Source of the DNA: Pelomyxa schiedti
Taxonomy: Eukaryota > Protista > Evosea
Direction: 5' to 3'
DNA: 64,000 nt
Assembly: GCA_020536535.1 (NCBI GenBank)
Contig: JAHLWZ010000590.1
Span: 1-64,000, forward strand
Shown: positions 23,300-36,540 of the stretch, piece after piece
Position numbering within the stretch: position 1 is the first letter of the stretch
How the letters are laid out: the number at the start of each line of letters is the position of its first letter
Program-made: the position numbers and the translations under genes
Notes under the pieces: model-generated
The model's database searches: none
What the model was told of the DNA's origin: nothing
What the model saw: only the letters and a program-made list of their open reading frames with translations

Positions 23300-25463
23300 T
23301 TAGAGAGCCTTCAGGGAAATATCCAGAGTGAAGTGGGGAGGGAGTTTCTTTTTTGGGTTAGAAGAGCAGAAGAACAGTGGCAATACCTTGTTTTTATCAC
23401 CCTTGTCAAGCTGTATCTTGCTGAAAGAGATGTGACCAACACCACTTCCGGGAACTATTATGAACATGGTGTTGAACCACAGTGCAAACAGCTGCTTCCG
23501 GCGGCTGCACCTCAGTACCTCCAGTTTGACATCGCCGGACACTTCAACTCCAGAACCTAATTGAACTTGATAGGGATGTTCAGGGGCTCCAGAGCCAGGA
23601 AGGCTACAAATGTTGTGTGCATCGTGTACTTTCTATTTCGAAGTGAGTTAATGCGTCGTAGATACCATTACAGCAACCTTTTTTAGCCTCTCTTTCTTAT
23701 AGTGGATAACAGAAGCCAAGTCATCGGTCAATGGTTTACTGGAATAAACCAGCTTACCGCAAGAAATCACCTTGATACACAAGTCTGATACCAAATTCAT
23801 GGGAATCAATAAGAAGAAAACTTGAAAATGTACCATTTTCATCTACGAATGGCTTGGGCGACATTGTTGCGCTTGTCAACACCAAAGTCACCTTCCTGTA
23901 GGCAAGATTTCTGGAGAGGAAATCAGCGTAATAGCCGACATATCGTATTTGGCTAGGAATTGTTACACCCTGTAATTACTAAGGAAGAAAAGACAGTTGG
24001 GGAGAATCGAACCTTGCTATCATATGTACGTTTTGCTGCAAAATAGGTCAGCGCTTCTTCTGCAGTGCTGCAGGTACCCGAGTGTAGGAGATATGCTGAA
24101 ACCATTAAGCCTGTCCGCCCCTTTGAAAATGAGCACTGTAGAATATGGGGAAGGAAAACCTTTCCAGCTTTACAGTGCACAACTGACACATTTTTTGGTG
24201 CTTTTTTAATCCAAATATCCTGAATAAATTAGATTTATACAAGGTAACACGGTTTTCGCAATATAAATTAAAATATGGGTGTATACACAAGATTGGCAGA
24301 ATTGATGTATTAACTCGAAACTGGGGCAATTGTGGTCATCAAAAGGGAAAACCTCCACTGAGGTAAATTAGGATCCTTATTTAACAGTATGCATGAACGC
24401 ACCACGATAGTTAAACTTCACAGGCTCATAACTTCGTTCTGAGCATCTGTATGATACTTGTAAATTCAATTCAAAAGTGAGAAGCTGGAGGCGGTACAAA
24501 TTATAAACTCTGTAGCTCGCTGGGTGCCTAGTTTCCAAAAATCTTAACCAGTGGTCAGGCACAGCATCAGTAAAAAGGATACAACTTGTATACTTCGCGG
24601 TAAGGGTTCCGGAAAGCTGCTTCAACAGACTCTGATGGAAATCCCATGGCAATTACTTTAGGGGTAATATCTGGAGAATAATTGAGATAAAACCGATGTG
24701 AATCCTTGATACATGACAAATCGAGATCAAAGCCGTCTTCTTGAAACCGCTTTTTCTTTTTTGAAACGGCTATGCGCAGCGCATTACTTGGAGAAGACAT
24801 GCAATTGTACTATGTGCACTCAGTATTGTAAGTTAAGGAGAGGACTACCATTGGTGTTCCCAATATTTCTAGTGCATTTGAAGTGCTTAGCTGACCAGAC
24901 AGCAAATCAGAAATCGCCCCAGTGCCAAAGCCAGTTGTTTTAGAATGTGCAGATGCACTAGACCCACTTGTGCTTATGGGTTCACCGCCACTGTTAGAAT
25001 TCTGGGGGCTACTTGTTCGTGGTAAGTAGTAAGTAGGTGTTCCACTAGCACCTCCATAAGGCGCCGACTGTGATGACGAAGTGTCACCTGTGTTATTGAC
25101 TGGAGGTGGAGAAGTCTGAGATAGTGGTGGTGTTAATATCGCCTGTTGTTGCGTTGCAAATGACTGAGGTGGTGCATTGTGTGATTGAATCCCAGTCGAA
25201 TTCGGGGGTTGTGAGTAGACAAAATGTTGTTGCTGCTGCTGGCAGTTTGGGGGCGCCTGTGTGCCAGTAAAGGTTGTTGCAGTAGTGGTGGGATAGAGTT
25301 GTGGGTAGAGTTGTGGCCTGGGTTGTTGCGAATTCAAAGAGTTCGGTTGAACTTGCAGCTGATAGGAGTTGTAGGACATAGCAAGAGTTTGTTGTTGTGG
25401 GGCTGTGAACATTGGTGATTGCTGCCCGTACCAGTACGTTGGCTGCTGGGTGTTGTTGGACAT
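23300..25463 (-). CDS. PTEN: PTEN lipid/protein phosphatase with C2 domain and an inferred Q/S/T-rich N-terminal extension
   Basis: [61 protein letters not shown]; C2 region VSGDVKLEV...LWFNTMFI...[10 protein letters not shown] 39-nt GT-AG intron (24848-24810) joins the upstream low-complexity exon in frame. Confidence 0.9.
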
Positions 25464-25873
25464 TTTGTGGGCGGATTGATTGTTACCCGAAAAGCCAGAG
25501 TGCAGTGCACAACTCGGAACGAAAAAGACAAGGAGCAACCTTTTAGATTGTTGAAAATTGTTTCTTTTTTTTCCTTTAACCTCCCACAAACCAAAAAAAT
25601 AATAACGAAATAAAGAAAGAGCTCTATACAGGGCAAGGAGTCAGTCAGTTAAAGGAAAAAAAAGAAACAATTTTCAACAATCTAAACACATGCTAACCTG
25701 TGGATCAGGGATCCGCTGAGAGGTGACACGTGTTTGCACAACAGACCCCCAACATCCAACAGAAGATCTACGGCGTTCGTGCAGCGAGAGTCTCTGCTAT
25801 ATTTGAACACCCGCTGCAGTTCGTCCCCTCTCCTTGTTGTGTTAATCTTCGCTGTGGCGAAGTTTTTATCTTC

Positions 25874-28800
25874 ATGAAGGGAAACAAACCAAATACCAAG
25901 GCGAAACAAACCAGGCCTGGTGACGTACCCTCCCCGTCAATGTCAGCAGTCACCTCGACAACACAAGCACCTTCAACAGTAGCAACCACATCTACTGCGG
26001 CGAGCATAAGGAACAAGAGGAAAACTGTTGATGGGGGAGGTGGTGAGGGTGTTGGCAGCGCAACAAACAAACCGACGGTACGAACACAACATCCTCTTTT
26101 GACTCCTCTTGCAAGAGAAACACGAAGTCAACAGGGAAGTGACGGCTCCACAAAGCCAATAAACGCCTTGTCTGTGGCCAAGACTCCTTTAGGAACACCC
26201 CCTTCTCCCAACAGTGGCACCAAAACATCACCCCCCAGCAGCAAGAGATCGCGGGTTTCTGTAGGATCCCCCCCCGTGGGGAAAGGACATCTTCTGCCTG
26301 AAGAACAACAGAGAACTCTCTTGGACAGGTGGAGGACCCTTGCCAGGATTCATTCAGTTGGTGCATCACTGGAAGTACGGCAAATTTTGAACCAAGTCTC
26401 CCAAAAGCTGGAATCCACCTACTATCATGACATCCATTCCTTTCTGTTGGGAATTGATGAAACAATGCAACAAGACCCGCAAAGTATCGAGAAAGTACTA
26501 CAGTTAGTTGCCCATCACCAGGTTCTTCCCTCTTATCCAATTACCTGACCTCACAATATTTTAGATGGAGGAGGCTCTGGGGCTTAATTTGAACTTCATA
26601 CACTGTCTTTCTCTCTTTCCACTTCAACATGTTATGTCTTTGATGACAGAGCTGAAGTCAAATACGCATGGAGCTGCCTTGGAACTTGTAAAAGTCAAGG
26701 TATGTATATTCACAGCCCCAAAGCACTCGATAAATAATCAACACCAAAAACAAGATGCAAATCTGTGTTGGCTCTGTTGTTGGTATTACGTATCTCAAAA
26801 GTTTGGACTTCAACTCTCTTGTGTCACTTGTTGCCGACCTTGTGTCATCAGATAATGCACATGAGTTAACTCTGGCTCTTGCTATTCATAAGGTAACAGT
26901 CTTTGTTTTGCTCATCACTCACCCTTTTTTTTCTTTGTGGTGTTTGGTTTTTCCATTCATAGCTAAAAGCTTTGAAACGTGGTGACTTTGAATACACTGT
27001 AACACACATTTGGCGCTTCCATAGAGATGATGTTAAGACCCTTATCTCTTTGGTTGAAGGTGTGCTCACATCATGCTCATCAGATGAGGTTGTTGTCCGT
27101 CTCTTCCAAGCAGAGGTGCTTTTTGATCTGTAAATTGGTACTTGTTTATCTCAGTAATAGAAAGCCCGATTATGCACTCTCATTGCGCTTGAAAACTCCC
27201 CAGACAAGATCCTCCTTGAAACTCAAGTCCGGGAATTGAAGGCATCAGAAGAGCTTTTGAACAAGATTATATGGATAAATTCTTGTTCTGACCTCCTTCC
27301 AATCATCAAAACTAAAGGTGTGCCCTCTGCCTGTCGGTGTTTTGGAAACAAAAAAAACCAAAAAATAGATGTAACCAAACAAACCCTTGATGGCTTGATT
27401 CAACCTTTTGAGAAGGTCCCCACCTTCTCTGAAGTTAAAACTTATGTTTTGGATACTAAATTGACTGGGAAAATACGCGTTTCACATGACAACCAGCAAT
27501 TGGCCTGTGATCACCCAGACATTTTTGTCTATGACCCTCCAAGGTGCTGCAAGGGTCTTGCTCTCAGTTTTTTGGCAATGCAACAGCCAAGAAAAAGTAT
27601 GACAGATGAGTTCCAGCCATCAGAGAATAGCCTTGGCCGCTGGGTTGCGACCCACTTTGGAGAAATATTTCACGCATGGTGGAGCTATGACACCCAGATC
27701 CGTCAAAGAAGTCCACCCCCCAAGAGAGATCAGCATCCAGAAGCTGGGATATCGGGGAAAGCCCGCCCAGACTGGTGGTTTTCCTTGGATGGCCATGTGA
27801 TGACAAGAGGTGCGGATTGTCTCTCAACTGTTTGTTCACTCAAAAGGAGAAGAAAAATCCAGTTTGCATTCAGTGAGTGTACCACAAAAGGAACTAAGTG
27901 AAAAGACATCAACAGATGCCTGGTTTGTGGCTTCTGTCGGGTATATTGTGACATATGTGTCTGTTGGCCAGTACTTTCAACCTTGTGTGACTTTCCAAGA
28001 GGAGGGGGAGTACCACACACGTCCCTTAGGTCCCCCTCTTAACTTACAGCTTGAGGAAGTGTGTTAACTTTGCCCTTACTTTTCTTTTCTTTGACAAATA
28101 ATATAGGATAAAGTGAAGATTTTCATTTTTTCTGTGAATGTATGCCGACTGATAAAAACATTTGATGTGTTCCATAGGGTAACAAACAAAAAATAAGGGG
28201 TAGCTAGTAATGATGATCTTCTTAGATCCCTTTGCTCCAACCAATTGAGCTGAAGAACTCACCAAATTGTGTAGTCACATTGACCATAGACAGGCAAATA
28301 CAAAAAAAAATTCTCACCACTTGGTATATTTCTCTTTTTATTAGTGGGAAGGACTAAGTTTATTTCCTCTCTTTCCTTCTCTCACAAGTGGTACGTTCTC
28401 TGTTGAAACCTTCTACTCAATATATGAAAAAGTTCTGAGTATTGAGGCGAATTTACAGCCCTTCATAATACATGCCATTGAGTGCCCAAGCAAACCTCCT
28501 CCTACAAGCACCAATCCAAAGAAGGGTGCTTCTTCCACAGCAAATGGAAGTGCTGCGGCTGCTGATAATATAGTATGCCCAGAGTGGGTGACAGTCACAC
28601 TAGCTCCAATTGGGGATCAGCGTTATGCAACAGATGAACTGGAGCTTTTTGTTGCTGCTGTGAGCACCTTGTTTGCCCTTGCAGGACTCCATGGTCTTGG
28701 GATAGCCCACCGCGACGTGCGGTGGGCAAATGTTGTGTTTAACCCACAAACAAATGCATGGCTGCTTATTGACTTGGAATTTGCAGCTGAGTTCGGCACA

Positions 28801-29571
28801 CCATACCCCCACAGAGTGGTCCTCACTGAAGCACCTGTTGATGAAACGTGCAGTGCCAAATCGGATGTGTTCATGGTGGGAACCATGCTGCTGAAGACTC
28901 CTTTCTGCAAAGTCCACCCAGAAATGTTTCCCCGAGTTGCAACCTGGGCCAAGACCCTCGCGGAAAGGGACCAAAACAAGCGCCCGGCAACAACCGAAGC
29001 TCTTCAGTTTATCCTGGAGAACCCACCACCAACTGCCAACAAGGAGTCTGTTCTTGATGCAAGCCCAGTTTTGGCTGCACTTCTTGACTTTGATGCTGAC
29101 AATGATACATTCCACCTGAAGAGACCACTTGGGAATGGTACTCATGATGTCCCAGTGAACAACATGTCTGAGGATGAAGAAGACAGTGACACAGGTGCAG
29201 AAAATGAAACCAGGAGGACAACTGATGATGTGGAGGAGGAAGAAAATGAAAAAGACAAAGATGAAGATGTGGAAGCTGATGACGAGCATGAGGAGGATGA
29301 TGAAGTGGAGGATGAAGTTGTTTTATCGGCATCAAGAAAGGGGAACAAAAAGCGCACAGGAAAACAACATGTACCCCCCTCTAAGACAAAGAAGAAGACA
29401 GCTGCTTCCTCTTCCTCTTCCTCCTCACCAAAGCTGAGCACACGCAACGACAGGAAAAAGATTACCACGAAGAAGACAAAGAACACGTCGGGCCCTTCCC
29501 CCTTGTCTTCGTCATCCTCATCCTCGTTCAAGCCCAACACGGGCAAGAAGAACAAGAAGGGGAAAAGGTGA
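25874..29571 (+). CDS. Crinkler (CR)-type effector-like protein: helical N-terminus, PD-(D/E)xK REase domain, kinase-like domain, acidic/basic tail
   Basis: ARPDWWFSLDGHVMTR spliced to GEEK...PQKELSEK; YIVTYVSVG; VTLAPIG...LHGLGIAHRDVRWANVV...WLLIDLEFA...KSDVFMVG. Continuity of the 5' exons is inferred. Confidence 0.72.
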
Positions 29572-29683
29572 CCTGAAACAAATCCCAGAACTCGTTTCTC
29601 AAAAGAAAACCGTTTTTTTGAAAATTGCGGAATAAACGGAAACCGTAGCATTCTGGCCCGTTGATTATTTTATTCCGTGCCAA

Positions 29684-30245
29684 ATGAGCACAGGGGCCGT
29701 GTCACCGGTAACTCCCACCAGGGCTACAACTATGGAATTGGTGCCTATGTTACGAGGGCTTTATTTGAAGTCTCATCATGTGTTCCCACCCACCTACCTA
29801 CCTCTCTGCCCCTTTTTCCTGTGGGGACATTCTGTGTGGTGTTTGCAGGGACTTTGCCGACTCGCTGTATGAATCATATGGCCTAGACAAAAACCGAGTT
29901 GTGGCTTTGTCACAGCGGTCACCCCTGATGGGCGCCACTCGCTGGTACCGGGCGCATACCACCATGAGGCGCTTTGTGGTCAATGCCGAGGCCCCGCAGT
30001 ACCACATCACACAGAGGTTGCTCACTCTCAGGAAAGAGGAAATATGCCTGGACAATACGGCAACTTTGGCTGATGTGTGGGAATGGAACCAACACCATCT
30101 AGGGCTGCCAGTACACACCTACAGACTAGTATGGATTCACCCCCTTGCCGAGCTTTTCACCTCTGATAAAGTTGCGGACTCCACTCCTCTACGGAAGTGC
30201 TGCCTGATCAATGGCGCCCTTATGCACACTGTATTGAAATTGTAA
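29684..30245 (+). CDS. Small protein with a C-terminal ubiquitin-like domain
   Basis: TLADV...LGLPVHTYRLVW...DSTPLRKCCLINGALMHTVLKL resembles the C-terminal half of ubiquitin; 5' exon uncertain. Confidence 0.55.
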
Positions 30246-30463
30246 AAATCAGAGAACTCTCAATTCGGTTGTTGCATTCCAGTGCATTTCGCCAAGAACA
30301 GTAAACGTAGCTTGAAAACAACTCACTAACCTCGGTAGTGCACGAAGTTGCAGAAACCCGAGCTTGCAGAAATAGGACAATCATACAAGATGTCTCCTCT
30401 TAAAAAATTAAAGCCGCAACTGGTTTTGATTTTAGGTCTACAAACACATGTGCCAATTGGATA

Positions 30464-33400
30464 TCAGTTCTCAGTGTGTAGATTGTGTGCCCAGAATCCA
30501 GTTCCATACCTACAGTTCATTAGAATGTTGATGTTTTTTGGTTCAGGGAGGTACTTGAAGTCCATGATGGGGAACTTGGAGCGAAGATCCTCTCCACAAT
30601 CATTGCCTAGAGTGCAAACAGTGAGCCCATTTATAATGACACTGTGGTCTGATTCCTTTAGCAAGGTAAAACAATGAGAACAGAGTTATGTCTGACATAC
30701 AGCGGGTCCCCCGTCTAGAACAAAGTCGTACATGGTCCCCACAAATAGCGATGTTGGTTGCTTGACATCTATAGGTCGGGTCCACTTTCCATCAACTAAA
30801 ATGGGGTGCCCTGTGGTCAGGCCCACGTTTTTGATGAACACCAGATTGTATTGGCTATTGATCGCCCGTGCTCGAACTTCAATTACGGTGCGCGGTTTCA
30901 TCTTGATTCCAGACATAACAGAGTCACCTGGCTGAATATCTTCCACTGACCTGTTGATTGTTTGGTTGGTTGGTTGCTGTTAGGGCGTGCTTTGAGTTTG
31001 AAAGGTGTTGCGAACTTGGTAGACGAATCAGCTAGAAGCACTTGTCCATTCCCTAAAAAGCAACCGGATGATTCTGGTTTCTTGATGAAAGATTGTAAGG
31101 AACAAGCAAGGAATTGGCATGGGAACTTTACTTCATAACGGGGAATCCTATATTTGATAACTCCCGGAGTTGGATTTATCCATAGAGAAGGTCTCCCATA
31201 CATTTTTATCCCTTATTGCATTAAAAAGTAACACTAAGTACCACATATTTACATAAAAGCTTCAATTTTCCGTGGTCTTTTGGTGGAGGACTAGAGTAAT
31301 TAGTTGAAGTTTAACAAAATGGAAGTGCTCTCAACTTATCAGCAGGGAAGTATGACAGCCAAGCATCATTTAGGCTTGTCAATCTATAGAACTCTTTGGA
31401 GACCTTGCGTGGAGGTGGGTTCGAGTTCTATTACTTATGGTTATAAACCCTGCCAAGTTTGCATAACTCCTCAGGGCGAAGGTAGGCGAAAACGAAGAGC
31501 CAACAAAAATCGGACAACTTTGAAACTGGACTAGTAGAAAGAAGAGTGACACAAAAGCCGTCTCCCAGAACGTCACTCTCGAGTCTCCGGCGCATTCCAC
31601 ATGCTACGGCCACAGTAACAGAGCCGTCATATATTGGAGCAACAGAGTGGAACTGGACAGGGGAAAAAAGTTAATACATACCAACTCTGGGAGTGGATAA
31701 CCTCTCTAGCAAATGGAGTATCTTGGGTGACAACCACAGTCCAAGAAAGGTTTTTCAAATCAAGTCTAAAAAGTAGTTTAGGCGCATCCCACTATGGCAG
31801 AGAACACACATAAAAAACTCACACAGGGGATTGCTATTTGTGGACGCCACAAGGACAAATTTCTCGTGCTCAGGGAAGAAGCACCCTACATTCCCTCTCT
31901 GTGGTGTTGGGTGTAGCCCAGCCGGTGTAATTGATTCCCATTTTCGTTTGGGTGGAGAAGAATCGAGGTCGTGAAGATTAAGTGACCAAATATCATCAAG
32001 TTTGGTATTGTCGGCAGCTATTCCTCCGTACACAATCAACATGCCGTTCCTGGACTCGGGTTTGTGTGAAGTGCTGGGGAAGGAAAAAAACCTTGTTACA
32101 AACGAGTTATGGTGATACCGCGGTGTGGGTGCCATCTCCGTTGAAATCTCGTGCCATTCGTTGCTTGAGGTATTGTAGGCTGATAGACGAAAGAATTCTT
32201 TGGTTTTTCATATTTTTGGGGGATCACATACCATGCAGGGTATTACATGCACCCGAAATAAAGGAATTTCCTCCAAACAGGTAAAGAATGCCACGGAAAC
32301 TGCGAGGGTGTAAGTCACCCTTAGGATAATAAATTATTATACATACTATACAAGGGAAGCACCATGCTTTGCTGGGGGTATAGCAGTGGTACAACTAGTG
32401 TTCAGAGATGTCCATTGCAATGTTGCCATGTCGAATTGGAAAAAATCATTTGTGTCATCATTCACAGTTCCACCGAAAAGGTATACGGCAGTTCTGAAGT
32501 TACAACTTGCTGGAAAACAGGAAGGCATCCATTGTGAAGACTCATACTCTCGGATAGCTGCCCAGGTTGGTTGTTGTGTGGTGGGCGTTGTAGAGAGTCC
32601 CGGGGGCCCAGCTAGTGCCTCGCCAAGAGGCTCACAAACAGTTGTCACTTCTTGCTGCGAGGTAGCAGGGGGTTGGTCTACTTGCACAGGAAACTCAGCA
32701 TGTGCAATTTCGTGTCCTCCCACATTATTTTCCATAGGTTTTCTCACGCATTCTATTGGCGTAAGCCACTGCTTTAATTTTATATCAAATCGTTCCACAC
32801 AGTGACGTGAACTTGTACTCCTACCACCAAACAGGAAAAGGTTGCCATCAAAATGATGGCAAACGTGTCCAAAACTACAGAAATTTAGTGAATTGATAGC
32901 GACCACTGCTTACCATAGAAAATCTGGATTACTTGATTTGTCTCCAAAGAGAGGAATACAACGTGGACCTTCAATTGGTATACAAGGTTTCACAGTAATA
33001 ACTGTCGATGGAATTTGGGGTGCCGGAGGTTGCGGCGATGCAGAGGGTAGAAGACTACTCAAAAAGCCTAATTTTATTTGGTACAGGAAAAAGGGGCAGT
33101 AGGACAAGCACCAAAAAGACCACTAGACTGAGTAGGCTTTTGTTGAACAGGTTTTTGTTCCACTATTTGCCCTATGACTCGAGGCCCCAGAAGAGAAGTT
33201 TGTGCCGCGCCATCAAAATCGAGATTTAGAACAGTATCAGGGCCTTGCCTCTTTTCGTGAATGTTGTACAAAGATTCCTGGATGTGTGACACCAGAAGCT
33301 CAATATTAATTTTCTTCAAGGCACTAACTTCAATATAGCTATCAGCCCCAAAGTCTTCTGCATACTATTGCATTTCATTATGCTTTGAATTTGGTGTGGT

Positions 33401-34089
33401 AGAAACAATATTGTCGGGAAGTTACTTACTCTTCTGCAGGTTGCTGGCGGTATAGACGAGTTGGAACTCAAATCTCGTTGTAGGCCCACGAGGATGTATG
33501 CTTTTGGCTTTCTGTGTGTCATTTCCGCAAGTTTCAAGGCAGGGAAGGTCTAATGAAGACAATTGAATGAAGACATACTTGAATGGTTTGATGTACATTA
33601 TTTGCAATTTGAAGTAGGGAATCAGGCGAATTGATATCAAAGCACAGGAGACAAAGTTCACACCACCGATAAGAACTCCACTGTTGAACTCGATGAGAAA
33701 ATAGGCACGAGCATGACACTAATATTGTTGGTAAACCAAATAAAATCCTCCTTCAATAAAGAATCACCACAAATATGAGCCTCGGTCACTTGACCATGAG
33801 CTATATAAAATTGTGTTTTGGAAAAAAGAATTAAAGATAACAGTAACGAGCAATTGCATGCCAGTAAAGTGATAGGTAATCGGAGAAACATAGTGCCGGG
33901 AATTGTAAGGACGAAACCGAGGATCTTCCCTTTCACATTCCACAATACTTGCAATGGCGGCTAGCAACGTGCCCTAAACATAATAGACGTTTTGTTTGTG
34001 GTTTGATTCGTTTTTTCGCTGTGTAGCGCAGTACTTACTTTGCCAAGTTGACACTCACCACAAATATGCACGTTGGGGAACCACGACAT
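30464..34089 (-). CDS. Multidomain protein: degenerate Ras/Rho-like GTPase, Kelch repeats, F-box, Hint (Vint-type) domain
   Basis: MSWFPNVHICGECQLGK spliced to GTLLAAI (P-loop-like); LCFDINSPDSL, ILVGLQRDL, IEVSALKKINIE; Kelch FLFGG, YLFGG, IVYGG; F-box SKLSDFCWLFVFAYLRPEELCKLGRV; Hint GCFLGNGQVLLADSSTK...IQPGD...LTTGHPILVDGKWTRP...YDFVL...HSVIINGLTVCTLG. Confidence 0.75.
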
Positions 34090-34273
34090 AGCAGTTGAAA
34101 TCGGTTGATTAAAACGGTTTTATCTTACCATCGATCAAATCTGGTAGGTTTTTGTGAAAGTGATGACTTCCCGAAAAAGGGAATCACGGAGTCATGTATC
34201 AAACCACGGCGCCTGTTCTATTCTAATCTTAAGTTCTGGTAGCAGATAGGAGATACAAGGTAACAAGAAGCGA

Positions 34274-36472
34274 ATGGTGGACGTGGCTGTGACCACGCCA
34301 TGCCGCCGAACCAGGACGCCGTGCAACTCCTCGGCCACGCCGATGGCGTCGTCGTCCCCCACGTCGCCGTCTGCCCCCGGCTCGCTGGCGTCCCGGTCGC
34401 CCCCACCGCTCTCCTCCCTGCGCACGCCTTCCCCAGGGGGCGTCGCTGCCCGCGGCGGCGGCGCCGCCCCTGTCCCCATCGATGCCTCCTCCCCTTCCTC
34501 GTCGTCCCCGCCCCGCCGGCGCCAGCAGCAGCAGCCGCAACAAACAAGCGGCGGCTCGAGGTCCCAGACACAGACACAGCCGCAATCTCGGCCACTGCTG
34601 CAGCAGCAGCACAACCAACTCGGCGCCACCACGACGACGGCTGGGCGCTTTGGGCGCGGCGGAGGGGGAGGAGCGAGCGCGAGCCCTCCCTCTTCTTCTT
34701 CTTCTGCTTCGTCGACGCCTCCTCCTCGCGCGAGTGGTCTGACTCAGAGTGGTCAGTCTTAGTTTATATCCCCCATATATATATCCCCCATATATATATA
34801 TATATCCCCCCACAGTGTTTTTTTTTGAATGTCTTGATAATTGAATTGAATCAAATCATTTATAATGAATGCACCGTGGGCTTGGCTTGTATCTAAAGTC
34901 TGGCTACCCCCCTTTGTCAAATACAGATCAATTCATAATACCAAGGGGATTGAGGACGACTGTCAGTGCAAACACTTGGTCACCTATCTTGCGAAATGCA
35001 AAAGCGACCCACTCTACTCACGACTCATGTGAGATGGACAATGTAGAGTAATCTTTTATGCTTAGACTTTCAGTGACATAGTACCATCTTTTTTCCCTCC
35101 CCATTTGTTACAGGAACCCTTTAGGTAAAGTCCTAGATGATTCTGTTATTGCACTTAGGTGTTAATGTAGTGGTGACTCTGATGATGACATTCCATTTCA
35201 ACTCAGAGAGAGTACATACAATACCCATACAACTACAGAGCCCGCATCTAGCATACCCGCTACTAACTCTCTGGAGTCAGCTATGCTGGTTCTTTCAATG
35301 AGATTGCAGGTATAATTATTTCACTGATACAAATCCGTTAATAATAGGAGCAGGAACAAAAAGATAGAATGGAATCAACTGAAGAAAAAATGCGATTGTT
35401 GTCTTTGGAGAAGCAGAGACTGCTGTCTGCAAATGCAAGTTACTTTCAAAGGAACTGTGGAAGTTGTACCAACCACACCACAGGAATCCCTTCAAGAGTC
35501 CATATCCTTACTTGAGAAGGATCGCAACATGGCCAACAGTAAAAGACGTAGTGCTGAAGAGAATTTACACAGATGTCAAGCGTCATGGGATATTGAAAGA
35601 GACGTGCTCAATAAGCACGCCTCTGATCTCTCCTTAAAAGTTACACAACTAAAGGTACATTTACATCAAATACTATTTAGTCTCATTTGCACTGATATCA
35701 GCATGAACTAAAGAAGAAAGATATCGAGCTTGAACATGCGAAGGTTTAGTCTATTCTTTTACACACGCGGCATAACAATTGAAGGAACAACTCCATAAAT
35801 TGATAATGGATAGGAACACCAAATCGGCAAGATATTGTGAGGTACATCCACTACAAGTGGCACAGGGTGTAACGGTAAGATTGCAAATGTAGGAGAGATT
35901 TCAAGATAATGAATCCGTAATATCCACTGAAATTACTCTTCTGCGAGAGGCAAATCAGTAATTGACAAACAAAACACGTTTCCCTCTAATATTTCACTAG
36001 TCGACTTCATTCTGATCTCCAGGTAGCCCTGAAAAAAATTGAAGGTAACTGTTCACATTTCATTGGTAATGATAACATGCATAAGAGCTAAATGCAGCAC
36101 GAAATCCAGAACACACAGTAAGGTCTCCAAATAAAGAGACACAAAGGTGGTGAAACAGTTATTACCAAGTTAAAACCAACATCGCGCAAAGTACTAGGTA
36201 CATCTCTGAAAGAGAGCGCCAACTACAAGAAGGATTTTCACAACTGGAAGAACAAAGATTACTCATGAAGGACGCCTTTGACGCCTTGGCAGACCAAAGA
36301 GCTGCTTTGCAGGTACTTTCTGGCTTCCAACTCGTGTTGTTCTGACCATTCGCAAATGCAGAAAGAAAAAGAAAGACTGTGCCTTCTACGCCTGCAATAC
36401 TCTCCAGCCCTTCAATTATCACAAGAACAACAAGAGGAAGATTTTGCTGTAACCACACCAGACGACTCGTGA
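34274..36472 (+). CDS. Coiled-coil protein with S/P/Q-rich N-terminus (multi-exon)
   Basis: GC-rich first exon with Q runs and donor GTCAGT; downstream heptad-rich exons such as LQESISLLEKDRNMANSKRRSAEENLHRCQ. Confidence 0.55.
34766..34812. repeat. Intronic (TA)n-ATCCCCCA microsatellite
   Basis: tatatccccca tatatatatccccca tatatatatatatcccccca. Confidence 0.7.
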
Positions 36473-36540
36473 ACCAAGTAATAATAGAAGAACAAAATTT
36501 AAAAATGTAAAATTTGCAACAAACTTGTTTTTTTGAGTTT

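Noticed and set aside
23264-23560. Plus-strand 98-aa ORF apparently overlapping PTEN
   Set aside because: It is the antisense shadow of the PTEN C2 exon (VSGDVKLEV...WFNTMF) on the minus strand.
34192-34632. Minus-strand ORF suggesting head-to-head coding overlap with the coiled-coil gene
   Set aside because: The minus-strand GTPase gene has its own ATG at 34089 with a P-loop-like exon; this ORF is a GC-rich shadow of the plus-strand exon.
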